64,000 bases of DNA, taken from assembly GCA_013289685.1 (NCBI GenBank), contig JABCZL010000001.1:1838-65837 (forward strand). The letters run 5' to 3'. Below the pieces are notes generated by a model. That model made no database searches and had not been told where the DNA came from. It saw only the letters and a list, made by a program, of their open reading frames with translations. Shown piece by piece: positions 27,497 to 37,233 of this stretch. The position numbers and the translations under genes were made by a program. Positions within the stretch are counted from its first letter, which is position 1, and the number at the start of each line of letters is the position of its first letter. Source of the stretch: Acidobacteriota bacterium. GTDB taxonomy: Bacteria; Acidobacteriota; Terriglobia; Terriglobales; Acidobacteriaceae.

Positions 27497-30007
27497 ATGG
27501 ATCCCTCCAAGCCCGCAAACCCCAAGCCCCCTGACATTGCCTCTGCATCGGTTCCCGATACCCTCGCGATGCTCCACGTCAACCCCGACGCCGGACTCAC
27601 GCAAGCGGAAGTAGACGTCAGCAGGAAGGAGAACGGCTACAACGAAGTGGCCGAACGAAAAGTGCACCCAATCCTCAAGTTCCTCGCGAAATTTTGGGGA
27701 ATCTCAGCGTGGATGCTCGAACTGATCATGGTGCTGTCGGTGGTTCTCAGGAAATTCTCAGACCTCGCTGTGGTGGGCGCGCTGCTGGTTGTTAATGCCG
27801 TGTTGAGCTTTATGCAGGAGCATCGGGCCGCCGGTGTCGTTGAAGCACTGCGGAAGCGTTTACAGGTCAGTGCGCGCGTCCGGCGCGAGTCAAGCTGGCA
27901 AGTCATTCCGGCACGGGAACTGGTCCCGGGCGACATTGTCCGCGTGCGTCCCGGCGATATCGTCCCGGCTGACGTGAAACTACTGACGGGAGCTCTGAGC
28001 ATTGATGAGTCGGCGCTCACCGGCGAGTCGAAAGACGCAGACAAAGCGCCCGGCGGCGTGCTCTCGTCGGGATCCATCGTCCGGCGGGGCGAAGGCAACG
28101 GCGTGGTGATGCTGACTGGGGCGAAGACCTACTTTGGGCGCACCACGGAACTGGTGCAGGAGGCGCGTCCGAAACTTCACATCGAAGCGGTCGTCGCCAA
28201 GGTCGTCCGCTGGCTCTTCGTCATCGTCGGCCTGCTCATAAGCGTGGTAGTCGTGCTGTCGCTGATCCGCGGCGCGCCGCTCATCGAGATGGTTCCGCTC
28301 ATGCTCGTCCTGCTGATGAGCGCGGTACCGGTCGCTCTCCCAGTCATGTTCACGGTCACCATGGCTGTCGGGTCAAAGGAACTGGCGAAGCGCGGTGTGC
28401 TGGTCACTCGCCTTAGCGCCTCGGAGGATGCTGCGACGATGAATGTGCTCTGTGTGGACAAGACAGGCACAATCACGATGAACCAACTCGCCATCACCGG
28501 CGTGATCCCTCTGGAGCGTGCGACAGAAGCCGACGTGCTGTTCGCCGGCGCTCTCGCATCACAGGTAGCTAACCAAGATCCGATTGACTTTGCGTTCCTG
28601 ACTGCGGCAAAGGAGCGGCACATCTTCGACAATCTTCCCAAGGCCACACCCGTCTCTTTCGCACCGTTCGATGCGAAGAATCGACGGACTGAGGCCGTAG
28701 TCGAGCAGAACGGACAGCGGCTACACGTGATGAAGGGTGCCGTTCGCACCGTCGCCGAAGCCTGCGGACTCCAACCCCAGGCGATCGAGGCGTTAGAGGC
28801 ACGCGTCAACGAATCGGCCGCGAAAGGCTATAGGACTCTGGCGGTAGCACGCGGCCCCGAGACAACTGCTCCCGCTTTGCTTGGGCTAGTGTCACTGTAC
28901 GATCCGCCCCGGCCGGATGCAAAGCAACTGATTGCCGAACTCCAAGATTTGGGTGTTCCGGTAAAGATGCTCACCGGCGACGCACTGCCGGTGGCGCGTG
29001 AGATCGGCAAAGGAGTCGGGCTGCCGAACATCCGGCGCGTTGCCGACCTGAAGGCCGCGAGCGCTCAAGCCGGCGACAAGACAGTGGACTTGTTAGCGGG
29101 CGCCGACGGTTTCGCCGAGGTGTACCCGGAGGATAAATACATCGTTGTACAGCATCTCCAGGCCTCAGGGCATGTAACCGGCATGACTGGCGATGGCGTC
29201 AACGATGCGCCCGCCCTCCGTCAGGCCGAAGTGGGAATCGCCGTTAGCACTGCAACCGATGTGGCCAAAGGCGCCGCGAGCGTCGTCCTAACCGAACCAG
29301 GACTAACGAACATCGTGGCGCTGGTCGAACAGGGACGAACAATATACCAACGCATTCTGACCTGGATTATCAACAAAATCAGCCGGACGATCCTGAAAGC
29401 CGCCTTCGTGGCCATCGCCTTCGTAGTGACCGGCAAGTTCGTTGTCTCTGCTTTTGCGATGCTGCTCCTGGTCTTCATGACGGACTTCGCGAAGATTTCC
29501 CTTGCCACCGACAATGTTCGGCCATCCAAAAAACCGGAAACGTGGAATATTGGAGGTTTCATAGCCGTCTCGGTGGTGCTTGGTATCGCGATGGTTGCTG
29601 AGACGCTCCTCTTATTGTGGGTCGGTTGGTCACATTTTGACCTAGGAAGCGACGACAATGCCCTCTATACCTTCAGCTTTCTTCTGCTGCTTTACTTTGC
29701 CGTATTCTCCGTCGCATCCGCGCGGGAGCGCAGTTGGTTCTGGGCGACTCTGCCCAGCAAAACCTTCCTGGTAGCTATTGCAGTCGATGCGCTCACGGGC
29801 ACCGTCCTTACGTTCGTGGGTCTCCCTGGACTCAAGCCCTTGCCTTGGTGGCAGACGCTCGCGGTCTTTGTTTATGCGATGGTCGCCTGCCTCGGCTTGA
29901 ACGACGCCGTCAAGGTCGCGATGATCAAGTGGCGCGTTCCTAACGCCGCGTGCAAGCGGATGGTTGATGTTACCCCGCAGATCGCCAACCGCGCCTATGA
30001 AATGTGA
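27497..30007 (+). CDS. P-type ATPase, plasma-membrane H+-ATPase-like (type IIIA)
   Basis: Carries DKTGTITMNQL, MLTGDALPVA and GMTGDGVNDAPALRQAEVGIAV. The N-terminus (GLTQAEVDVSRKENGYNEV..ILKFLAKFWG) resembles P3A pumps. The ATG is at 27497. Confidence 0.88.
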   Translation: MDPSKPANPKPPDIASASVPDTLAMLHVNPDAGLTQAEVDVSRKENGYNEVAERKVHPILKFLAKFWGISAWMLELIMVLSVVLRKFSDLAVVGALLVVNAVLSFMQEHRAAGVVEALRKRLQVSARVRRESSWQVIPARELVPGDIVRVRPGDIVPADVKLLTGALSIDESALTGESKDADKAPGGVLSSGSIVRRGEGNGVVMLTGAKTYFGRTTELVQEARPKLHIEAVVAKVVRWLFVIVGLLISVVVVLSLIRGAPLIEMVPLMLVLLMSAVPVALPVMFTVTMAVGSKELAKRGVLVTRLSASEDAATMNVLCVDKTGTITMNQLAITGVIPLERATEADVLFAGALASQVANQDPIDFAFLTAAKERHIFDNLPKATPVSFAPFDAKNRRTEAVVEQNGQRLHVMKGAVRTVAEACGLQPQAIEALEARVNESAAKGYRTLAVARGPETTAPALLGLVSLYDPPRPDAKQLIAELQDLGVPVKMLTGDALPVAREIGKGVGLPNIRRVADLKAASAQAGDKTVDLLAGADGFAEVYPEDKYIVVQHLQASGHVTGMTGDGVNDAPALRQAEVGIAVSTATDVAKGAASVVLTEPGLTNIVALVEQGRTIYQRILTWIINKISRTILKAAFVAIAFVVTGKFVVSAFAMLLLVFMTDFAKISLATDNVRPSKKPETWNIGGFIAVSVVLGIAMVAETLLLLWVGWSHFDLGSDDNALYTFSFLLLLYFAVFSVASARERSWFWATLPSKTFLVAIAVDALTGTVLTFVGLPGLKPLPWWQTLAVFVYAMVACLGLNDAVKVAMIKWRVPNAACKRMVDVTPQIANRAYEM

Positions 30008-30247
30008 CGAGAGGCGGGACGCCAGGACGGTCGAGCGGTTCAGGGCTGGGAGCAGGCACGAGATTCGGAACGATCAAGTGAAGACGGGGAGCGCTAGGTC
30101 GAAGCCTTACTACGATAGGCGCGAGGGGCAACTGGCACGCATGATCGATTTGGCCAGTTCTTGGCAGTCACGGCAATGGTTGGTGCAACTGCGCTGCCTT
30201 TTGGCGCATCCGTTGTTATAGTAGGTCGAGTCGTGCAGAGGACTAAT

Positions 30248-31444
30248 ATGCGTCACCTCGGCTACCTCGTTTCTTCAGCCTTCCTCGTCAGCTTTTTCCT
30301 GAGCGGTTGTGGATCGCACAATCAGAACTGTACCGGTCAGAATCGGAATCAGACCGAGTGTATCAGTACAAGCGGCGGCGGCAGCGGCGGTTCGGGGGGC
30401 ACGTCCGGCGGCACATCGGGCGGCACTTCGGGTGGGACCTCAGGCGGTACTTCCGGCGGTACTTCGGGCGGCACATCCGGAGGCGGCTCCGGCGGATCTG
30501 GTGGCGGTTCCGGAGGATCCGGAAATGCCGTTATCGGCATCGGGCATGAAGACTTGGTGGACTCCGACTCTTACAGCTCGTATCGTCCCGTATTCACTCC
30601 TGGGCCATACCAGGGCGTCGTCAACGGAGGTCAATCCCGCGCCGTGGCTGAGGCCAGAATCTATGTGCTTCAAGTCAACTCCGGCACGTATGGCCACTCG
30701 TCGGTTTCCCTCCTTAGCTACGCTACTGGCAACCCAGCCGATTCCATCGGTTACTACGTGCGGAGCGGCGAATATGGCGGTTTCTCCATTGCTGGCAACT
30801 ACACCTGCACTGCCGGCCACCAGGTTTACGTTTACGCCCGAGGCGGAAACAGTGGTGATGACGGTCCTAACTCCGCCATTGGCCTGATGGCCTCGCTCGG
30901 AACCTGCCCGGAATCGGGAAATTTCGACGCTGCTGTTCCTTTCATCTTCGTGAACGAAGTGACAACAGTAGCGGCAGCTTATGCGATGGCCGAAACCGCT
31001 ACTGATGCAACCCATGTCATTGCTTCCGCCAAGCCTGGCGGTGTGACTGGCATTGCCAGCGCCACCGACCTTGCCAGCACCGTGACGGGATTCGCCAACT
31101 CTACCCTTGCTTCCAACAACTTCCCGCGGACCAAAATTCATACCCTGGCCAACATCCTGTCGGCCTGCATCAACTCAAGCTCGTCCACTTCCGCCAGTTG
31201 CACAACTCTGTTCAGCAACGCGCGGAGCAATGGCGCTTCCGGAGCTATACCCAAAGACACGGCAACTGCCGCGATCAACATCGCGCGCAATCCTCATGCC
31301 AACATTGCCGTGCTCTATGGTCTCCAACCCAGGCTCGGTGCTCCTTTCATGCCGGCCCTTGAATCTACTCCGTCGGATTTCGACATCTCCGTCGCTGCTG
31401 AAAGTTCGAACAACTCCGTCGCATCCGCGGCACTGCGCCCCTAA
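30248..31444 (+). CDS. Lipoprotein with a (GGTS/GGS)n linker, function unknown
   Basis: The ATG at 30248 gives MRHLGYLVSSAFLVSFFLSGC (LSGC lipobox), then about 50 aa of Gly/Ser/Thr repeats and a 300-aa domain. Confidence 0.8.
   Translation: MRHLGYLVSSAFLVSFFLSGCGSHNQNCTGQNRNQTECISTSGGGSGGSGGTSGGTSGGTSGGTSGGTSGGTSGGTSGGGSGGSGGGSGGSGNAVIGIGHEDLVDSDSYSSYRPVFTPGPYQGVVNGGQSRAVAEARIYVLQVNSGTYGHSSVSLLSYATGNPADSIGYYVRSGEYGGFSIAGNYTCTAGHQVYVYARGGNSGDDGPNSAIGLMASLGTCPESGNFDAAVPFIFVNEVTTVAAAYAMAETATDATHVIASAKPGGVTGIASATDLASTVTGFANSTLASNNFPRTKIHTLANILSACINSSSSTSASCTTLFSNARSNGASGAIPKDTATAAINIARNPHANIAVLYGLQPRLGAPFMPALESTPSDFDISVAAESSNNSVASAALRP
30371..30523 (+). repeat. Coding 12-nt tandem repeats (GGTS x7 flanked by GGS units)
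   Basis: The units ggcggcacatcg/ggcggcacttcg/ggtgggacctca... vary at synonymous positions. Confidence 0.9.
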
Positions 31445-31700
31445 TACAGCGCTTGCGCAGAAGTGCACGCAACAACTCTTCCGGCGCAATCGACGGTCGC
31501 CCGGCTTTGGCGGATAGCTTGTTGAACCGTTGGTTGCAGTTCCCTTAACGCTTCATCCGTCATGACACGAAGAGGTCGCAACGGGTGGTCCTTAGGCACT
31601 CGCTGCTCCGGGCTTACGTAGCTGAACGCATGCCTTCCGCTTACCAGGTTGTGCTGTGAAAACAAGCTAGGTTTCCGGTCCCGGACCAGTCCCATTGAAA
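31441..31700 (-). pseudogene. N-terminal fragment of an IS5/IS1182-type transposase (DUF772 region), frameshifted and truncated
   Basis: One frame reads KPSLFSQ..VPKDHPLRPLRVMTDEALRELQP and a second frame continues RFNKLSAKAGRPSIAPEELLRALL. QALY returns to the first frame. Homology stops at the lipoprotein gene's stop codon. Confidence 0.55.
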
Positions 31701-31735
31701 TGCGAGGATCTGGCAGGTTCGCCGTGAACAGGTCT

Positions 31736-32728
31736 ATGCTAATGCTCGCCATGCTTAAAACCTGTTCGATTCTCGTTCTCAATCTTCTTCTATGTTCCAC
31801 GCTCGCCGCAGCGGAAGACTATCCTGTAGGCAATCAGCCATTTCGGCGCTACGTCGCAAAGGGCAGGGATGGCCACTACATCACCTTCTATCTTTCAATT
31901 CAGCAGGTACCCAGTCGCCCCGTCCCGCTGATCGTCTGGGTCCAAGGCACCGGCTGCTCCTCTCAGTTTGTCAGCCTCGGCGGACGGATGAGCCGTGGAC
32001 TGCAGGGCGTGCTGAATTCGGTGGCTCACGGCCGAGCTCGCATTTTGGCGGTCGAAAAGCCGGGTGTTGAGTATCTGGATGATCATCCTGATGACGGCGA
32101 CGCCAGCGCTTGCCGTCCAGAATTTCGAGCCGAGTTCACGCTCGACCGGTGGGCTGCGACCATTGCAGACGCAATCCAAGCGGCCCAGAACCTACCTGGC
32201 GTCGACCCTTCGAAGACACTCGTGATCGGCATTTCGGAGGGCGGCATCGTAGCAATGCGCGTCTCGAACCTGTCGCCGGTAGTCACGCACGCCGCCTCCT
32301 TGTCGGGAGGCGGGCCGGTGTATCTATTCCACATGGCGGAGTTTATGCGGAGTAAGGGATTGGACGCCGAAAAGGAGGTCTACGCTTGTTGGAGTGACGT
32401 CCTGAAAGATCCGGAGAGCGATACAAAGTTCTGTTGGGGGCAGACCTACCGCCAATGGTCGAGCTTCATGAAGACGTCCGTCATCGCCGAGGCCCTCAAG
32501 TCGCATGCACTTCTATATTTCGTCCACGGGACAGCCGATGCTCAGCAGTCGATCGCCGGGTTCGATGTCCTGCGCGCTGAGTTGGCCGCAAAACAGCGAG
32601 ACGCCGTGTTTGAGCGAATCGACGGAGCTGACCATGCCTTGGACCTTCCGAGTCAGAACGTACCGGAAGGTCTGGAAGCGGTCTTTGGTCGGGTGGAGAA
32701 TTGGTTTCTGGGGGATGTAGCGAAGTAA
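31736..32728 (+). CDS. Secreted alpha/beta hydrolase (dienelactone-hydrolase/peptidase S9-like)
   Basis: The ATG at 31736 gives a signal peptide. GISEGG is the nucleophile elbow, and late Asp/His contexts are present (HGTADAQ.., DGADHAL). Confidence 0.75.
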   Translation: MLMLAMLKTCSILVLNLLLCSTLAAAEDYPVGNQPFRRYVAKGRDGHYITFYLSIQQVPSRPVPLIVWVQGTGCSSQFVSLGGRMSRGLQGVLNSVAHGRARILAVEKPGVEYLDDHPDDGDASACRPEFRAEFTLDRWAATIADAIQAAQNLPGVDPSKTLVIGISEGGIVAMRVSNLSPVVTHAASLSGGGPVYLFHMAEFMRSKGLDAEKEVYACWSDVLKDPESDTKFCWGQTYRQWSSFMKTSVIAEALKSHALLYFVHGTADAQQSIAGFDVLRAELAAKQRDAVFERIDGADHALDLPSQNVPEGLEAVFGRVENWFLGDVAK

Positions 32729-32843
32729 GACCAACGAGCGACCTGTCTCACTGGCTTGCTCCTTGTTACTCAGATCAAATCAGCCGGGTCTTTCCGCAAA
32801 CTGCTAGAGAGCATGCTTGAACTCTGGCGCTACACACTCGCGG

Positions 32844-33560
32844 CTAAGGCTTTGGCCCGCCCCTGACCGTGTATCCAGAAGGGACTAAGAACCAGGATGA
32901 ATCGGGTTCTCCGCGCACAAGATTGGTGACCTGGAGGGTCACTTCCCCTGACTGCGGATTGCTGCGGACTACGTTGATGTCCATGTGCAGATCGGGGGAG
33001 TACCAGACATCCGTGTGGGTGAGCGCGATGCGATTGTTCCCAGCATTCGATACAGTCTCACGCGTACCCACTACCGGCAAATCGTTCATCGTCTGCTGCC
33101 CGAGGCTCTCCCGCGTGACGTTACCGGAACTCCCGGAAAGCGTGCCGTCAGCGCTTCCCAGAGGTATCCGCGGATAGAAGGCGGAGGTCGCGCAATTCAT
33201 GGACGCCTTTGTGCAAACGGTGCGCGTGTCGGAGACGGGGTCCAGGATTGTGAAAGTGCGCAGGGGAGGTTCGTCGTTCGAATCCGCGGGAACGAACTCG
33301 CGAATTTCGCGGCGCACACGTCCCTGAGAGTCGCGGGCAACTAACGTATAGTACTTCCGCGACGAGGTGCCGCCGCCCACAAGCGGTTCGTTCCAGGTGA
33401 CGATTACTTTTGCTGTAAATGGGGCATTGGCGATTGGGGGTATCTCAATACCCTCGATATGGGCGCGAACGGCGCCAACCGGTGCCGAAGACTGACAGAT
33501 AGCCGGGGTAATGGTGAACGCAAAACAAAGGGAGAGACCGAGCACGATAGAGGAACGCAT
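32844..33560 (-). CDS. Secreted hypothetical protein
   Basis: The ATG at 33560 gives MRSSIVLGLSLCFAFTITPAICQ. No family was recognised. Confidence 0.7.
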   Translation of the reverse strand: MRSSIVLGLSLCFAFTITPAICQSSAPVGAVRAHIEGIEIPPIANAPFTAKVIVTWNEPLVGGGTSSRKYYTLVARDSQGRVRREIREFVPADSNDEPPLRTFTILDPVSDTRTVCTKASMNCATSAFYPRIPLGSADGTLSGSSGNVTRESLGQQTMNDLPVVGTRETVSNAGNNRIALTHTDVWYSPDLHMDINVVRSNPQSGEVTLQVTNLVRGEPDSSWFLVPSGYTVRGGPKP

Positions 33561-33747
33561 AGGCACGCTCCACACGGACTTTTACAAGTATCCCACGAAT
33601 AGATTAGATGCATCAATCGGCTTTGAATTGCTTCAGTCATTCGTAAAGATTTGTAGGGATCACTGACTAGCTATGGCCTATTTCCGTCAAATGTGGCAAC
33701 TTTTGTGATGCGCGCACGACCCTCTTTTGAGGGAGGTTCAGACACTC

Positions 33748-34557
33748 ATGTGGCCTCGTCGGGTTGAAGCTCTGTTGGTTGTCGCGATCCTTTTCGGATG
33801 TGCGTCACGGGGAGTACAGGCGCAGAGCACCAACGCCGAGCGGGGCGCTCAGCGCTTCATGGAATACTGCGCAGGCTGCCATGGCGCCGACGGCATGGGA
33901 GGCGACAAGGCGCCTGCGCTGGTTTCGCCGTCAAACTCCACTCATCTCTCCGACTCGGAACTTTTTCGAATTGTGCATGATGGGACAAAAGGTGGGATGC
34001 CTCCCTTTGCCCAGATCGGCGATGCAAACATCAGAGCCGTGGTGGAATTTCTGACCAGACTCAGAAACAATGCCCCTCCCACCAACGCATCGGCGGAGGC
34101 AGCGGTGCCGGGAGATGTTGATACCGGTCGCACTCTTTATTTCGGCAAGGCACAATGCTCCGCGTGCCATTTGATGCAAGGCAAGGGCGGATTCATCGCG
34201 AGAAATCTGACGTCCTACGGCCGGACGCGCAGCGCGGAGGAGATCCTGCATGCCATTACCAATCCCGACACACCGCTCGTGCCCTCATCACAAGTAGCAA
34301 CGGTGACGACGAGGACTGGGCAAAAGCTGACCGGCCCTCTGCGCAACGAAGACAGCTTCACGCTTGCACTACAGACCGAAGACGGACGCTATCACCTGCT
34401 GTCGAGGAGCGACGTCACGGATATCCACTACTCTGGGCATTCTCTGATGCCGCGTGACTATCGGACGCGGCTTTCGCCGAAAGAATTGAATGACATTGTG
34501 AGTTTTCTGATAATCGCGAGCAGAAATCCTCCCCCAGACAAGGCGGAGGGGCGATGA
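33748..34557 (+). CDS. c-type cytochrome with two CxxCH haem sites
   Basis: CAGCHG and CSACH are present. GGAGG lies 10 nt upstream of the ATG at 33748. The stop overlaps the next gene's start (ATGA). Confidence 0.85.
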   Translation: MWPRRVEALLVVAILFGCASRGVQAQSTNAERGAQRFMEYCAGCHGADGMGGDKAPALVSPSNSTHLSDSELFRIVHDGTKGGMPPFAQIGDANIRAVVEFLTRLRNNAPPTNASAEAAVPGDVDTGRTLYFGKAQCSACHLMQGKGGFIARNLTSYGRTRSAEEILHAITNPDTPLVPSSQVATVTTRTGQKLTGPLRNEDSFTLALQTEDGRYHLLSRSDVTDIHYSGHSLMPRDYRTRLSPKELNDIVSFLIIASRNPPPDKAEGR

Positions 34558-36293
34558 CTAGCACGGGCACGAGGGCGGCGGTCGCGATAACAAAACTGCA
34601 ATCGATGCCTTCGCTATTCACCCGTCGTGCACTTAGAACCGTGGTGACGATTTGCCTGCTGATGTCGATGCGTCCCGGCAGTGGCTACGGACAAACCGGA
34701 AAGCCTGAGAGGCCTCCTGCCGGCAAGCGTACAACAACCTCGGACGACGGCAATGGACTGATCGATGTTCAGCCGAGCGATTTGCTCAAGACTCCCGTTA
34801 CAAACAACTGGACTTCCTACAATGGCGATTACAGTGGCGCTCGCCACAGCGGCCTGACTCAAATCACGCGGGCCAATGTGGGTCGACTGGCAGCGCAGTG
34901 GGTGTTTCACCCACGAACCGTCAGCCCTCTCGAAGTTACTCCCGTGGTGGTTGCGGGCGTCATGTTCGTGACTAGCGCTAATGATGCATACGCGCTGGAT
35001 GCAAAGACCGGCAAGGTGCTGTGGCATCACATCCGCGCCGTCTCCCAGGGTCTGGTGGACGACCCCGCGCAGCATCACAATCGTGGTGTGGCGATACTGG
35101 GCACCCGCGTCTACATGGAAACGGACAACGCACATTTGCTCTGTCTCGATGCGCGCTCAGGCCACTTGATTTGGGAGGTGGCGTTCGGGACCGGCAACAA
35201 AAACGACGGCGCTACGAGCGCTCCCTTGATCGTGAAAGACAAAGTGGTCGTCGGTATTTCAGGAGGCGATGCCGGCGTGCGCGGCTTTCTTGCCGCCTTC
35301 GACGCAGAAACAGGCGAGGAGAAGTGGCGGTTCTGGACCATACCCGGGCCCGGCGAGAAGGGCAATGAGAGCTGGCCGGGGGACAGCTATCTGCATGGTG
35401 GAGGCGCGACCTGGATGCCCGGCACCTATGATCCCGATCTCAACACGCTGTACTGGGGCACCGGTAACCCCGCTCCGGACTTTGACGGCTCCGTTCGCCC
35501 CGGTGACGACCTCTACACCAGTTGCCTTCTGGCGTTGGATCCCGATACCGGCGCGTTGAAATGGTACTTCCAATTCAGCCCTCATGATCTGTACGACTAC
35601 GATGCCGTGCAAACACCGGTGATCGTGAATGCACGATTCAAAGGCCAGCCACGCAAGTTGATTGTGACAGCGAACCGTAACGGATTCCTCTACATCCTGG
35701 ACCGGACAAACGGAAAATTCCTCTTTGCCACGCCGTTCATGAACACCCAAAATTGGGCCAAGGCCATTGATGAGAACGGTCGCCCCATTCCCGCCGGGCG
35801 CACTCCCGACGAGAAAGGCGTTCGCGTTTGCCCCGCCAACGGCGGAGCTACAAACTGGTACTCGCCCAGCTATGACCCGTCCTCCCACCTGTTCTACTTC
35901 CGCTCCTTTGAGGCGTGCGCGATCATCCAGTCGAATATAAAGCCCTTCGAAGTGGGAAGAACGTACTATGCCAGTGGTACGCGGAGCGTGGATGAGCCCG
36001 CTAAGGCCTACATCAATGCTTTTGATCTGAATACGCTCGACTTCGCCTGGCGCGATCTCCAAATCGGCAGGAACAAGGGCTGGGGTGGCGTGATGTCAAC
36101 GGCAACCGGCTTGGTCGCTTATGGAGACGACGCAAACAATTTCGTAATTCTAGATGGGCAGACGGGCAAGCCCTTGTGGCACTTCCACGTTGGACAATTG
36201 GTCCATGCGTCTCCCATGAGTTATGCGATCGATGGCAAGCAGTACTTCGCGATTGCAGCGGGAAGCGATTTATTTTCGTTTGCTCTTCCGTGA
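34554..36293 (+). CDS. PQQ-dependent dehydrogenase, methanol/ethanol (quinoprotein ADH) family
   Basis: NWTSYNGDYSGARHSGLTQITRANVGRLAAQWVF is followed by beta-propeller W-motifs. The gene is coupled to the cytochrome c gene. Confidence 0.85.
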   Translation: MTSTGTRAAVAITKLQSMPSLFTRRALRTVVTICLLMSMRPGSGYGQTGKPERPPAGKRTTTSDDGNGLIDVQPSDLLKTPVTNNWTSYNGDYSGARHSGLTQITRANVGRLAAQWVFHPRTVSPLEVTPVVVAGVMFVTSANDAYALDAKTGKVLWHHIRAVSQGLVDDPAQHHNRGVAILGTRVYMETDNAHLLCLDARSGHLIWEVAFGTGNKNDGATSAPLIVKDKVVVGISGGDAGVRGFLAAFDAETGEEKWRFWTIPGPGEKGNESWPGDSYLHGGGATWMPGTYDPDLNTLYWGTGNPAPDFDGSVRPGDDLYTSCLLALDPDTGALKWYFQFSPHDLYDYDAVQTPVIVNARFKGQPRKLIVTANRNGFLYILDRTNGKFLFATPFMNTQNWAKAIDENGRPIPAGRTPDEKGVRVCPANGGATNWYSPSYDPSSHLFYFRSFEACAIIQSNIKPFEVGRTYYASGTRSVDEPAKAYINAFDLNTLDFAWRDLQIGRNKGWGGVMSTATGLVAYGDDANNFVILDGQTGKPLWHFHVGQLVHASPMSYAIDGKQYFAIAAGSDLFSFALP

Positions 36294-36309
36294 TCGTTCA
36301 TTTGGTCCC

Positions 36310-37074
36310 GTGAGCACGATTTGGAATGCGGAAACTTCGAGACAAGGCGCGATCTTGGCATCCGATTCCTCAACACTGATCTCCGGACTCGAAAAGAATT
36401 ACGAAGCGGGTCCTCCCGATGCCGTGAAGTTTATCTATGGCACAATCGGCCAAGCCAAAGAGAAGCTCGCGCCGAGCCTGCTCGGACAAGGGATTGCGTG
36501 GTCGTCTTCCAAACGGCTGATCTCAATTGTTCACGCTGAGACAACAGACGAGGTTGCCGAAGCGGCCCGCTACGGCGCCACCGGAATTGAACACGTGGCA
36601 TCTATCGAGAATCTGCCGGATGACTTGGTCTCACTCCTGGTTCAGAAAAAGACCTTCGTTGATCCCACGTTTGGAGAATTGAACACCGCCTTGACCTTGC
36701 GCCATGTGGACGACGCCAAGAGGAACGAAATCCTGCAACAAAAATGTCAATTCATCCGAAGGCTGCAGCAGGCTGGAGTGAAGCTCGCGATTGGCACCGA
36801 TGCGCCGCTGGTTCTCTACGGAACCGGATTGCATGATGAATTCGATCATTTCATCAAGTGTGGATTTTCGCCTGCGCAGATACTCGCGTTCGACACGCTC
36901 AACAACGCTGCCTATCTCGGCCAAGGCGCTACGTTGGGACAGATCGCACAGGGGTTTCGAGCAAACCTAGTCCTCTTTCCGGATAATCCTCTGCAAAACA
37001 TCGAGACCCTGCGCAAGCCAACCTGGGTGATGCTCGGAGGACAGATCGTGGTACCCCCTCCGCGGGAACAATGA
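36310..37074 (+). CDS. Amidohydrolase-family protein, C-terminal part only (probably truncated)
   Basis: ..IVHAET..GATGIEH..KLAIGTDAP..GFRANLVLF.. match the distal half of the amidohydrolase fold. The N-terminal HxH region is missing and there is no ATG (GTG at 36310). Confidence 0.55.
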   Translation: MSTIWNAETSRQGAILASDSSTLISGLEKNYEAGPPDAVKFIYGTIGQAKEKLAPSLLGQGIAWSSSKRLISIVHAETTDEVAEAARYGATGIEHVASIENLPDDLVSLLVQKKTFVDPTFGELNTALTLRHVDDAKRNEILQQKCQFIRRLQQAGVKLAIGTDAPLVLYGTGLHDEFDHFIKCGFSPAQILAFDTLNNAAYLGQGATLGQIAQGFRANLVLFPDNPLQNIETLRKPTWVMLGGQIVVPPPREQ

Positions 37075-37233
37075 CTGGTTGTGCTGACAGGGCGCTGACA
37101 GACTAGATCACGTTGTAATTAAAAGGAACCGGTCGCACGGTAATGCCCTGTAAATAGCGGTGGGCATTTTCAGGAGTTTTAGGACAGGCGGGCGGTCAGA
37201 CGAGTAACGGTTGTCACGGAGAAGTTTTGCGCA

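Noticed and set aside
30371-30523. Possible CRISPR-like or non-coding repeat arrays. The same question applied to 26981-27094 and to the heptamer arrays.
   Set aside because: The units are 7-21 nt, contiguous and have no spacers. Two of the arrays are in frame inside coding sequences. No cas genes are present in the window.
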